Below, piece after piece: positions 29,248 through 38,179 of a stretch of 64,000 bases of DNA (position 1 is the stretch's first letter; each line of letters starts with the position of its first letter). Source of the stretch: an uncultured Pirellulales bacterium (GTDB lineage Bacteria; Planctomycetota; Phycisphaerae; Sedimentisphaerales; Anaerobacaceae); the NCBI GenBank assembly GCA_964387605.1, contig CAYLYB010000001.1, positions 15,960 to 79,959 of the forward strand, written 5' to 3'. The notes beneath the pieces were generated by a model. The model worked only from the letters and a program-made list of their open reading frames with translations. It was not told the origin of the DNA and made no database searches. A program made the position numbers and the translations under genes.

Positions 29248-30321
29248 ATGGCAGTAGCGAAAAATAATAAAGCGGTTGGTGAAGGTAACTATCTTGATTT
29301 TGAGCAGAAAGTAGCCGACCTCGATGGCCAGATGAACGAGCTGCGCCGGCTAAGCTCCGTAAAGGGCATTGATTATTCAGCCGAAATTCGCCGGCTTCAG
29401 CAGGAGCAGGTGGCTGAGCTGAATAGAATTTATGCGAACCTGACCGCCTGGCAGACGGTGCAGGTTGCCCGGCATCCGAAAAGACCGCTTTTGCCGGATT
29501 ACCTCAATTCGATGGTTAAGGATTTTCGCGAGCTGCACGGCGACAGATGCTTCGGCGACGATAAGGCCATTGTTACGGGCCTGGGCCAGATAGGCAGGGA
29601 GAAGGTATTGATTATTGGCCAGAACAAGGGCCGAACGCTCAAGGAGAAAATGGCTTGCAATTTCGGCTGTCCTAATCCGGAGGGTTATCGCAAGGCCCTG
29701 GCCAAGATGAAATTAGGGGCAAAGTTTGGCCTGCCGATAGTTACGCTTATCGATACGCCGGGTGCCTACCCGGGCGTCGGGGCTGAAGAACGGGGTCAGG
29801 CGCAGGCGATAGCGGTTAATCTGTTCGAAATGTCCCGGCTGCCGGTGCCCATAATCTGCGTCGTAATCGGTGAGGGCGGCTCAGGCGGAGCGCTTGGCAT
29901 AGGTGTTGGCGACCGGTTGGCGATGCTCGAATTTGCCTACTATTCCGTTATTTCACCCGAGGGCTGTGCCGGGATACTCTGGCGGGATGGTTCTCAGGCG
30001 CCGCAGGCCGCTGAAGCGCTTAAGCTTACAAGTAAAGACCTGCTGAGGTTAAAATTAATTGATGAGGTAATCGTCGAGCCATTGGGCGGTGCTCATCGCA
30101 ACATCCACGACACCGTTTATAACGTCGAGAGGTATATCATCAGGACGCTTGCTATCCTCAAGCGAATCAAAGTTGAAACGCTTTTGGACAATAGATATGC
30201 AAAACTGCGGGCGATAGGCAGCGAATCAGCTAAAGCCGCACAGGCCAAGCCCTCTAAAGGGAAGATTAAAGAAGTTCAGCCGGCACGGGCCAAATCAGAA
30301 TCGGTATCTGCCGGGACTTGA
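29248..30321 (+). CDS. accA: acetyl-CoA carboxylase carboxyltransferase alpha subunit
   Basis: Contains RHPKRPLLPDY, IDTPGAYPGVGAEERGQAQAIA and IGEGGSGGALG. Confidence 0.95.
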   Translation: MAVAKNNKAVGEGNYLDFEQKVADLDGQMNELRRLSSVKGIDYSAEIRRLQQEQVAELNRIYANLTAWQTVQVARHPKRPLLPDYLNSMVKDFRELHGDRCFGDDKAIVTGLGQIGREKVLIIGQNKGRTLKEKMACNFGCPNPEGYRKALAKMKLGAKFGLPIVTLIDTPGAYPGVGAEERGQAQAIAVNLFEMSRLPVPIICVVIGEGGSGGALGIGVGDRLAMLEFAYYSVISPEGCAGILWRDGSQAPQAAEALKLTSKDLLRLKLIDEVIVEPLGGAHRNIHDTVYNVERYIIRTLAILKRIKVETLLDNRYAKLRAIGSESAKAAQAKPSKGKIKEVQPARAKSESVSAGT

Positions 30322-30334
30322 TTTGCAGAGGCGA

Positions 30335-31297
30335 TTACTCGGTCGCCTGTTTCTGCAGCAATTCTATTATCTCTGCCTTTGTGGGCATTGCGTCTATGGA
30401 GCCGAATTTTGTGCATGCCAGGGCGCCAGCCGCTGAGGCGAAGACGACGGCCTTTCTCAAATCGTCGCCCACGGCCAGCGATGCCGCAAGCGCGCCGGCA
30501 AATGCGTCGCCTGTTCCGGTGTGGTCCACTAAATCGATGGGGAACGCGGGAACGTGGTCGGCTGCGTTGCGGTCGACTACCATGCTGCCGCGTCTGCCCA
30601 TAGTAATTACGGTGGCGCCGGCGCCGCGGGCAACAAGGTCTGAGCCGACCATTTTTGCAGTGCGGATATTGGTGCTTGAGCGTTCGGAGATAAGAGCCGC
30701 CTCATACAGGTTGGGTATCAACACATCGACGGTAAAGTATTCCGGAGGAAGTGTTGTTTCGCCCGCGGGATTGGATGCCCCAAGCACGCCTGCCGGGTCC
30801 AGAATAAGCTTTGTCTTGTGTAGTTTGGCTGTGATGATGGCTTTGACGACCGCCTCTTTGGGAAGCCGGGCGTGAATCAGGCAGGCATCGGCATCGGCGA
30901 TTGCCTGCTCGGCTGCTTCGATATCCTGCGGCACAAGCGCAGCATTCGAGCCTTCATACCGGATACAGGCGTTTTCACCTTTGGTATTCACAAGCGTTAG
31001 TATTACGCCGGTGTTTTTCGCGTTTGCGGTGAAGACGAAGTTGGTGTTTACTTTATACTGTTGCAGTACGGATTTTATTGTCTGCCCGAATGGACAGCTT
31101 CCGATTTTTCCAACAAGGTGTACATCACAGCCGCATAATGCCGCTTCGATGGCTTGATTGAGGCCGGGGCCCGTGGCCGTGTGCGACAGCGCCGAGCCAA
31201 TCGATGCCTGACCCGCCGCAGGTACCTGCGCGCACTTTACGGCCATATCCACATACACGCTGCCGATAACTACGACCTTAGGATTCCTTCCCGACAT
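30335..31297 (-). CDS. PfkB/ribokinase-family carbohydrate kinase
   Basis: N-terminal VVVIGSVYVDM and the C-terminal DHTGTGDAFAGAL anion-hole motif. Confidence 0.8.
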   Translation of the reverse strand: MSGRNPKVVVIGSVYVDMAVKCAQVPAAGQASIGSALSHTATGPGLNQAIEAALCGCDVHLVGKIGSCPFGQTIKSVLQQYKVNTNFVFTANAKNTGVILTLVNTKGENACIRYEGSNAALVPQDIEAAEQAIADADACLIHARLPKEAVVKAIITAKLHKTKLILDPAGVLGASNPAGETTLPPEYFTVDVLIPNLYEAALISERSSTNIRTAKMVGSDLVARGAGATVITMGRRGSMVVDRNAADHVPAFPIDLVDHTGTGDAFAGALAASLAVGDDLRKAVVFASAAGALACTKFGSIDAMPTKAEIIELLQKQATE

Positions 31298-31383
31298 CGG
31301 CTTCCTTTAAAATAAAATTTTAAGGGAGTATAGCCCGGTTGAATATAAATGCAAACTTTTTCATCTGTTCCGGCTTCCCTGTT

Positions 31384-32049
31384 CTATTCTGCTGGCTCTT
31401 CGACCCTGGGTTCTCTGGTGCGTCTCGTCGGCCTTTCTCTTGTGCGTTCGGCTCTGGGCGCCCTTCTCTCGCGTCGCTCAGGTGTGTTCTGAAGTCGCTG
31501 TTCCTTCAGTTCTTCCTGAAGCTTTGTTACCAGCGTTTCCAGTCTTTCCCGCCTTTGCTTCAACACCAGGTCTATTGCCTTGATTGTTTTCTCGGCTCCT
31601 TCCAGATTGGCGAGCTTTCTTATGAATCTCAATTCCGCTGCTGCAAGGTCATCTATCGCCTTGGCCAAGTCCTCTTTTCGATCAAGCTCGCCGAGCCATT
31701 CTTTCTGCTCGCTTCTTGTCTCAATATCAATCCGTTTTAATTCTCTCTCGAAATCGTTAAAGTCGTTTATATCTATATCGGATTGGTTTGCGTCTTCCAC
31801 AAACATGTTTTTTTCCTGTTGCTTTGGTTCAAATGGTTTCGGCTCTGCAGCCGGCTTGGGCGAGTTTGTATCAATTTCTTCGAGCACCTTGCCCGGTGCA
31901 ACGTTCGCTCGTGATTCGGCGTTTTGTATTTCCTGCGATATTTCCATCTGAGTGATTGTCGATTCCAGTAATGCCTGTGCATACCCCGCTGACGACAAAA
32001 CTGTCAAAAGCCCTGCTAATGCTATATAAATGATTCCTCTTAATTTCAT
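31384..32049 (-). CDS. secreted coiled-coil protein with an Arg-rich C-terminal tail (hypothetical)
   Basis: Signal peptide MKLRGIIYIALAGLLTVLSSAGYAQA, heptad-like Glu/Lys/Leu-rich middle, and C-terminal RRERRAPRAERTRERPTRRTREPR. It starts 24 nt downstream of the parB stop on the same strand. Confidence 0.6.
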   Translation of the reverse strand: MKLRGIIYIALAGLLTVLSSAGYAQALLESTITQMEISQEIQNAESRANVAPGKVLEEIDTNSPKPAAEPKPFEPKQQEKNMFVEDANQSDIDINDFNDFERELKRIDIETRSEQKEWLGELDRKEDLAKAIDDLAAAELRFIRKLANLEGAEKTIKAIDLVLKQRRERLETLVTKLQEELKEQRLQNTPERRERRAPRAERTRERPTRRTREPRVEEPAE

Positions 32050-32073
32050 TTTCTTTTTCCTTTGCGAATTTTT

Positions 32074-33021
32074 CTATATTTCTTCGTTATTTGTAACGCC
32101 CATTTTCTCTGTAATTCTATCAAATTCTTCAAGCGAATGAAACTCGATTACAATCCTTCCGTGCTTGCCGTTTTTGCGTGTGTCTATTGATACGTTAGTT
32201 CCAAGCTCTTTGCTCAATCGGATTTCGAGGTCCTGAATATGTGCTGGCCTGGTTCGATGGGTTTTTTTCTGATGGCCTGAGGTCGCAAGGTGCCTTCTTA
32301 CAAGCCTTTCAACCTCTCTTACGCTAAGACGTCCTGCCAACGCCCTGTGCGCCAGCTTTCTCTTCAACTCATCTGTAGGTAAAGCCAGTATCGCCCTGGC
32401 ATGCCCCATTGATAACTGGCCATCAATAAGCATTTGTTTTAACTCAGCAGGTAAATCGAGGAGGCGAACATGATTGGCTATTACTGACCTATCCTCCCCA
32501 AGTCGTGCAGCCGCCTCGACTTGTGTTAACGACAATGTGCTCATATATCTATGATAAGCATTGGCGCGCTCAATTGGATTCAAATCGGTCCGGTGAATGT
32601 TCTCTACCAGCGCAAGTTCGAGTAAATTCTTATCATCAACATTACGTACAATTGCAGGTATCGTCTTGAATTCGGCCTGTTTTGCGGCCCGCCAGCGACG
32701 CTCGCCCGCAATAAGCTGATAAAAAGCGCCTGCCCTGCGAACAATTATTGGCTGAATGATGCCATTGGCCTTGATTGAACGAGCCAAATCAGCAAGCTCT
32801 TGTTCGTTCCAAATAAAACGAACTTGAAAAGGGTTTGGCTGAATATCATCAATATTTAATTCAGCAAAGATATTGGATAACTCTTTGTTATCTAAAGACT
32901 TATCGCTTATATCGACGATAGGAATAGGAAGGGTAGAGGGTTGCTTGTCGTATATTATAGGACCTAAAAGAGAGGCAAGGCCCCTTCCGAGATGTTTGGG
33001 TTTTTCAGTTTTGTGAGACAT
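32074..33021 (-). CDS. parB: chromosome partitioning protein ParB
   Basis: Contains GRGLASLLG, the GERRWRAA arginine patch and an HTH region, with consensus parS sites immediately upstream. Confidence 0.92.
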   Translation of the reverse strand: MSHKTEKPKHLGRGLASLLGPIIYDKQPSTLPIPIVDISDKSLDNKELSNIFAELNIDDIQPNPFQVRFIWNEQELADLARSIKANGIIQPIIVRRAGAFYQLIAGERRWRAAKQAEFKTIPAIVRNVDDKNLLELALVENIHRTDLNPIERANAYHRYMSTLSLTQVEAAARLGEDRSVIANHVRLLDLPAELKQMLIDGQLSMGHARAILALPTDELKRKLAHRALAGRLSVREVERLVRRHLATSGHQKKTHRTRPAHIQDLEIRLSKELGTNVSIDTRKNGKHGRIVIEFHSLEEFDRITEKMGVTNNEEI

Positions 33022-33150
33022 TACAGTGCTCCTGAATTAGCTAAGAATATATCCTATTAGGGTAAGTGAGTTAGCCCTAAAAAATGTTTCGGTGTTTGTA
33101 ATGGAAAAACTGTAGCGATACAAGATAAAAATCACAGGTTTGTGTAAAAT

Positions 33151-33166
33151 TGTTACACGTGAAACA
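33151..33166. promoter_or_regulatory. parS centromere site (TGTTACACGTGAAACA)
   Basis: It differs at one position from the perfect 16-bp palindromic parS consensus TGTTTCACGTGAAACA. It lies 130 nt upstream of the parB start. Confidence 0.8.
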
Positions 33167-33484
33167 ATACTGCAATTTTTCAAATACAGTTTGTGGACTT
33201 GTCCTCCCGCGATTAACGAGTGATTAAATATACCTTGGCCGTTTGCCGCCACGGTTAATGCTGTAAGCAAAGTAGGAACGTCGAAGGAACTGTTCATCGT
33301 TCGAGTCTATAAAGATGAGCTTTGGACCTTTGCTGAATTTGGATAAGCTCGTCGAACAATAGCCATAGTAGTTGATACGTCTTGAGGGTGATTGATGCAA
33401 TTTAATGCAAATATTAAACTCGAGTCGATGGGCATAATTGTTTTATGAAAGCATTTTAGAACGAATATTGACCACAATAGTATT

Positions 33485-33500
33485 TGTTTCACGTGAAACA
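33485..33500. promoter_or_regulatory. parS centromere site (TGTTTCACGTGAAACA, perfect palindrome)
   Basis: Exact match to the palindromic parS consensus. It is the second copy in the same intergenic region. Confidence 0.85.
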
Positions 33501-33764
33501 TTTTTCGAATGGTTTGAGATTGCGTCTTCTAAGGGATGAAGGTTTTTTAAGAAGAAGCTAAGATATTCACAAATTACAAGAGACGTGAATCAAAAAAAGC
33601 ACAGAAGGGGGGTGAATATCTAAAAGAACATTATGGTGAATGCTGTTGATTATTTAAGCATAATGTTAGTTGTATTTTAATCTATATATATCTTTTGTAT
33701 TGTTCGTCCTATAATATCAATACAAAGACACCAAATAGTGCGATTTGAGGATTCTTAAATGGTA

Positions 33765-34484
33765 TTATGATACTTTTGAGGCCTTAATTGCTTCAGCAAG
33801 AGTGATTGTTCCTTCGTATAAAGCTCTGCCGACGATAGCGCCTGATGCACCGATGCCGGCGAGCTTTTTTATTTGCTCAATTGTTGTAACGCCGCCGGAA
33901 GCGATAACAGGCACGGCAATGGCCTCAATGAGCGATTTTGTCCTCTCGAAATTTGGCCCGGACAGCATCCCGTCCTTTGTTACATCGGTGTATATGATAG
34001 CAGCTATTGGAAGTGCCGCTGCTTCGACGGCAAGCTCAAGCAGGCCTTTGGGATTTTCATCGCACCAGCCGCTTGTAACAACCCTCGAACCACGTGCATC
34101 GAGACCTAATGCTATCCCGCCTGGAAATTTCATTGCCATCTCACTGAACCACTCGAAATCATTTACCGCCTGCGTGCCGATTATCACGCGTTCTATGCCC
34201 AAATTGAGCAGTTCTTTTATATTTTGCTCGTTTCGTATACCGCCCCCGACTTCGATTTTCAGCTTTCCCAGTGCCGAGATAGCGGCGATTGTTTTGGTAT
34301 TGACAGGCCTGCCGACCTTTGCCCCGTCGAGATCAACAACATGCAGCCATTGGGCGCCCTGGTCGATAAACGCTTGTGCCTGTTTAACGGGGTTATCCTC
34401 ATAGTTAATTTGTCTTTTATAGTCGCCCTGTATCAGGCGGACACATTTGCCGCCGCGAAGGTCGATTGCTGGTATGATATACAT
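33765..34484 (-). CDS. hisA: 1-(5-phosphoribosyl)-5-[(5-phosphoribosylamino)methylideneamino]imidazole-4-carboxamide isomerase
   Basis: N-terminal MYIIPAIDLRGGKCVRLIQGDY and the GGGIR and ASGGV phosphate-binding motifs. Confidence 0.92.
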   Translation of the reverse strand: MYIIPAIDLRGGKCVRLIQGDYKRQINYEDNPVKQAQAFIDQGAQWLHVVDLDGAKVGRPVNTKTIAAISALGKLKIEVGGGIRNEQNIKELLNLGIERVIIGTQAVNDFEWFSEMAMKFPGGIALGLDARGSRVVTSGWCDENPKGLLELAVEAAALPIAAIIYTDVTKDGMLSGPNFERTKSLIEAIAVPVIASGGVTTIEQIKKLAGIGASGAIVGRALYEGTITLAEAIKASKVS

Positions 34485-34656
34485 AACACTACCCTTTGGA
34501 TTAAGGCATTAATATTTTAAGGGCATTGAACGGGGGACGAAAATACGCCCTATTGTTATGAAAGTCAAATATATACTGGCAGTTTAAGTGTGTAGGTTGG
34601 TAATAATCTTGCAATAGGGCGATAGGGTTTGTATAGGTAATAGGCAAAAAAGTTAC

Positions 34657-34745
34657 GGAGAGGTGTCGGAGCGGCTGATCGAGCCGGTTTCGAAAACCGG
34701 TGTGCTCTTTATAGAGTACCGCGGGTTCGAATCCCGCCCTCTCCG
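34657..34745 (+). tRNA. tRNA-Ser (anticodon CGA)
   Basis: Hand-folded cloverleaf. Acceptor GGAGAGG/CCTCTCC, anticodon stem CCGGT/ACCGG with loop TTCGAAA, a long variable arm, and T-arm GCGGG-TTCGAAT-CCCGC. The discriminator is G. CCA is not encoded. Confidence 0.9.
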
Positions 34746-34855
34746 TTTTGCCGAAGACAAAACAGAGCAATTGAAAATCGAGATTCGATTGCGGTCTAAT
34801 TTCGATTATCGATTTTCTAAAAATGACGGGATGAGAACCCGCACAGCGTGAAGGT

Positions 34856-35575
34856 TTATACTGTAACCCGGGGCGGCGTATTTGTATTGTTATATACTAT
34901 TTGAACGATTGGCTGACATGGAGAGCTGTAGGCCTGCAGAATCCTGTCGTGCTCAGGAATACTCCATTGGTCAATTATGTTTGCATCGTGGTTTGTAAGA
35001 ACGGTCGTTACTTTATGCACACCTGTCCGACAGCGAAAATCAAACCGGCTGTAGCCGGACGGGATATCGAGCAGATTCCATCGGTAATACCATATCTTTT
35101 CAGTGTCGTGCAGCACAACTAACGGCACGTTTCTTTGCATTGCCTGGTTGGCCACTAAACATCGCGTCTGGGCCAGTCCGTCGCTGAAGACGAGGTCGAA
35201 AGCGGCGTCTTTGTTGTTGAAATACTGAAAAACCGCCTCCGGGTCGCGCTGAAAAACAGGGTGCCAGTTTAGCGAGTTGATTTTTGCCTTTATTTTGTCA
35301 TACCACTCCCTGCTTTCCTGCTCTATGCTGACGACAAACCCGCAGTGTTCGACGAAGAAGGGTGTGCTGTATTCGCCCAGGCCGAATTCGAGAACACGGT
35401 TTATGTTAAACGTGCCGTGGATTTTCTCAAACACGGATAAATGGCTTCTATAGTTGTCAAATGTCATTTTCCAACCTTTATTGTATAGCCCGGCAGGGCT
35501 GTGCCCGTGTAATTGCGAATTTGTCCCGCTAATGTCAGGTGGATATTCAACAGTGCTATTTTTATATCGGCCCAT
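34856..35575 (-). CDS. putative class I SAM-dependent methyltransferase (Methyltransf_24-like)
   Basis: VLEFGLGEYST resembles motif I and DLVFSDG resembles the post-II motif. An alternative start at 35467 (MTFDNY) is plausible. Confidence 0.5.
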   Translation of the reverse strand: MGRYKNSTVEYPPDISGTNSQLHGHSPAGLYNKGWKMTFDNYRSHLSVFEKIHGTFNINRVLEFGLGEYSTPFFVEHCGFVVSIEQESREWYDKIKAKINSLNWHPVFQRDPEAVFQYFNNKDAAFDLVFSDGLAQTRCLVANQAMQRNVPLVVLHDTEKIWYYRWNLLDIPSGYSRFDFRCRTGVHKVTTVLTNHDANIIDQWSIPEHDRILQAYSSPCQPIVQIVYNNTNTPPRVTV

Positions 35576-35736
35576 TGTGGGGGAATTCTGCAGCTTGATA
35601 CTTTTTCATTTTTCCTATATTAGGTAATGATGAACGGGCGTAGTTCTAAAAAAATAGTATAATAATGCGAGTGCATTTTGTAACTTACAGCAAAAGAGCT
35701 TAACGGACTATATGGTGTATTTGGAGACGGCCTCTT

Positions 35737-37371
35737 GTGCGTATAGCATTGGGGCAATTTGACGCGGTAGTTGGTGACCTTTCGGGAAACGCCGAGAGGA
35801 TGCGGAAAATCTACGACCAGGCCCGGCAGGGGGGAGTAGAATTACTTGTATTTCCAGAGCTTGCGGTATGCGGTTATCCGCCGGAAGATTTGCTGCTCAA
35901 AAGGCACTTTCTCGAAGACAATCGTAAAACCATAGAGAAACTTGCTGCTGATTGCCCGGATATGACTATGGTCGTCGGTTTTGCGGGCACGCATAACGGC
36001 AACAACTACAATTGCGCCGCCGTGCTTGCCGAGGGGAAAGTAAGCTCGGTTTACAGGAAGTGCCTGCTGCCGAACTATGGCGTGTTCGATGAGAAGAGGT
36101 ATTTTCAGCCGGGAAATAAGCCGCTGGTCATTACTCTCGCCGCCCTGAAAACCGCTGTAACAATATGTATGGATATATGGGATACGGACTGGCTCGATTC
36201 GTTTTTGAAAAAGAAAAGACCGATAGACATAGTTGTGAATATCTCTGCGTCGCCATTTTACCTCGAAAAAGTCGGAATAAGAAAAAACATAGTCAGTCAG
36301 TGCGCGAGGGAACTTAACAGTGTGGTTTGCTACTGTAATCTGGTAGGGGGGCAGGATGAGCTGGTTTTCGACGGACGGAGTATGATTGCCGCACCGTCAG
36401 GTGATATCGTCGCTATGGCAAAGCCATTCGAGGAAGACCTGCTGATAGCGGATATAGAATCCGATGATGCAGCGCTATCGGTTATACCCGTAAACGCTGC
36501 CCCTTATTCGCTCAGCACGCTTGAGGAGCTTTATTTATCGCTGGTATTAGGGACGAAAGACTACGTGCGGAAGAACGGATTTGAGAAGGTTTTAGTGGGC
36601 TTGAGCGGCGGGATAGATTCGGCGGTTACCACAGCCGTCGCCGTTGCGGCGCTGGGCCCCGAAAACGTAATCGGGATTACTATGCCCTCGAAATTCAACA
36701 GCCCCGAGACTGTCAGCGACGCGGAAAAACTCGCGAAAAACCTCGGCATCGAATTTGTGACCATCCCAATCGGGGACGTACTCGAACGATTCAATGGCTC
36801 GCTTGGGGCCGTGCCCGGCTGGAACAGCGAGGGTATCGCCTACGAAAACCTGCAGGCCAGAATCAGGGGCACGATTTTAATGTCGTTGAGCAACCAGTTA
36901 GGGGCGATGGTCCTTACAACCGGCAACAAGAGTGAAATAGCAGTCGGCTATTCAACGCTTTACGGCGATACCGCCGGCGGTTTTGCAGTTATAAAGGATG
37001 TTTTCAAAACGATGGTCTATAAGCTTGCGAGATATATCAACGAAAAAAACACCCGCGAAATCATACCAGCCAGCGTTATAGGCAGAATCCCAAGCGCCGA
37101 GCTTCGGCTTAATCAAAAAGATACGGATTCGCTGCCCGATTACGACCTGCTCGACACGATTCTAAAGGGCTATGTGGAGGAGGATAAATCTGCACGGCAG
37201 CTTATCGATGCGGGACTGTCTGAAGATATTGTTAGAAAGGTCATACGAATGGTGGACCTCAACGAGTATAAAAGGAGGCAGTCACCGCCGGGGGTGAAAA
37301 TCACGCCGAAGGCATTCGGCAGGGACAGGCGCCTGCCGATTACAAACCGCTACAATCCATTCGGAATTTAA
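35737..37371 (+). CDS. nadE: glutamine-dependent NAD+ synthetase
   Basis: N-terminal nitrilase/CN-hydrolase domain (VFPELAVCGYPPEDL) and C-terminal PP-loop GLSGGIDSAV. GTG start. Confidence 0.92.
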   Translation: MRIALGQFDAVVGDLSGNAERMRKIYDQARQGGVELLVFPELAVCGYPPEDLLLKRHFLEDNRKTIEKLAADCPDMTMVVGFAGTHNGNNYNCAAVLAEGKVSSVYRKCLLPNYGVFDEKRYFQPGNKPLVITLAALKTAVTICMDIWDTDWLDSFLKKKRPIDIVVNISASPFYLEKVGIRKNIVSQCARELNSVVCYCNLVGGQDELVFDGRSMIAAPSGDIVAMAKPFEEDLLIADIESDDAALSVIPVNAAPYSLSTLEELYLSLVLGTKDYVRKNGFEKVLVGLSGGIDSAVTTAVAVAALGPENVIGITMPSKFNSPETVSDAEKLAKNLGIEFVTIPIGDVLERFNGSLGAVPGWNSEGIAYENLQARIRGTILMSLSNQLGAMVLTTGNKSEIAVGYSTLYGDTAGGFAVIKDVFKTMVYKLARYINEKNTREIIPASVIGRIPSAELRLNQKDTDSLPDYDLLDTILKGYVEEDKSARQLIDAGLSEDIVRKVIRMVDLNEYKRRQSPPGVKITPKAFGRDRRLPITNRYNPFGI

Positions 37372-38053
37372 CGGTTTCTGTTTTCTGCCCGAAATTGCTT
37401 CGTTCCACGAAATGCATTACCAAATCCGCTACGCTTTTCAGCAGCATAAATAAAACCAGGGTCATTTTTTGCGCCCAAGCCTCGCCGAAAAGACTGAGGA
37501 TACCGCCGCCGAATATGATTGTCAGGTGCATCGGGATAACACGGGCATACGGGAAGAACATCATCGCCCCGATATTGGGCTTGCCGCTGCTTCGCCATTT
37601 TTTGTTGTAGAAAAATGAGAACGCCTGGGAAACAGCGAAGAAGCCGCATAGCGCAGCGGCACCTTTGATTTGGCCTGAGCTGAAATCCGTTCCGAGGAAC
37701 ACCGCGTAGATGACGTGGAAAAAGCCGTAATGGAAGAGAAAGAAAAAGGCAATCTGCGACTTGGTCTGGCTTGTCGCATCGACCGGCCGGTTGTTGAGCT
37801 GGACGCCCTCCGTGGAAAAATCCCTCAATGAAAAAATCTTGATAAACCACAGAATGCCTATTAGAACGCTCTGGCTCCAGTAAACCCACAGCACAATCCC
37901 CAGTTCCCAGCCCTCCACAAGCGCCCAGACTATTGTGGCGAGGTTCGAGACGATAAGCCCCATTGCGGACGAATCAGATAAGAGCGTTTGCTTCAGCATC
38001 TGCGACAGGCCTTCATTACTGCTGATATTTGCACCGAATGATATTTCCGCCAT
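37340..38053 (-). CDS. DUF6498-like polytopic membrane protein
   Basis: Multi-TM ORF. LIVSNLATIVWALVEGWELGIVLWVYWSQSVLIG fits my memory of the DUF6498 N-terminus. Its 3' end overlaps nadE by 32 nt in convergent orientation. Confidence 0.55.
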   Translation of the reverse strand: MAEISFGANISSNEGLSQMLKQTLLSDSSAMGLIVSNLATIVWALVEGWELGIVLWVYWSQSVLIGILWFIKIFSLRDFSTEGVQLNNRPVDATSQTKSQIAFFFLFHYGFFHVIYAVFLGTDFSSGQIKGAAALCGFFAVSQAFSFFYNKKWRSSGKPNIGAMMFFPYARVIPMHLTIIFGGGILSLFGEAWAQKMTLVLFMLLKSVADLVMHFVERSNFGQKTETVKFRMDCSGL

Positions 38054-38179
38054 AAGTATTCTCAGTCATAATTACAGGAAAATCATATGCCCCGGTCGAT
38101 TTGCGGGGAATTGCCTTCAGGGGATTATTCGGGAAAAAAGACGCGTGACTTTTATATAATCTTTTTGCTGTTAGGGGGC

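Noticed and set aside
30329-30348. A hairpin aggcga-ttactcgg-tcgcct between accA and the convergent kinase gene, considered as a bidirectional terminator.
   Set aside because: The stem is only 6 bp, the T-run (gtttct) is weak, and the element overlaps the last codons of the kinase gene. This is not enough to call.
33037-33501. Two small minus-strand ORFs (33037-33297 and 33307-33501) in the parB upstream region.
   Set aside because: They have no RBS or recognisable motifs and an odd composition. The second ORF's 5' end is formed by a parS palindrome (its start codon at 33499-33501 overlaps the site). They are more parsimoniously non-coding centromere/promoter DNA.
33022-33764. Chromosomal replication origin (oriC) next to parB/parS.
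   Set aside because: No consensus DnaA boxes (TTATCCACA) are present, only degenerate words. No dnaA, dnaN or gidA gene is nearby. This cannot be supported without a replicon-wide GC-skew.
33745-34404. Long antisense ORFs opposite well-supported genes. Examples are 33745-34404 opposite hisA, 30318-30875 opposite the ribokinase-family gene, 13352-13903 opposite the BY-kinase, 47736-48236 opposite GT4, 60420-61031 opposite the epimerase, and 8734-9255 and 7330-7734 opposite the FAD/Fe-S oxidase.
   Set aside because: Each lies fully inside a gene with clear family motifs on the other strand. Their translations are low-complexity (Ser/Pro/Arg/Ala-rich) with no recognisable domains. This is typical of shadow ORFs.
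34746-35736. Possible genomic island integrated at tRNA-Ser.
   Set aside because: Only one gene (methyltransferase-like) lies between the tRNA and nadE. There is no integrase, and I found no direct repeat of the tRNA 3' end downstream.
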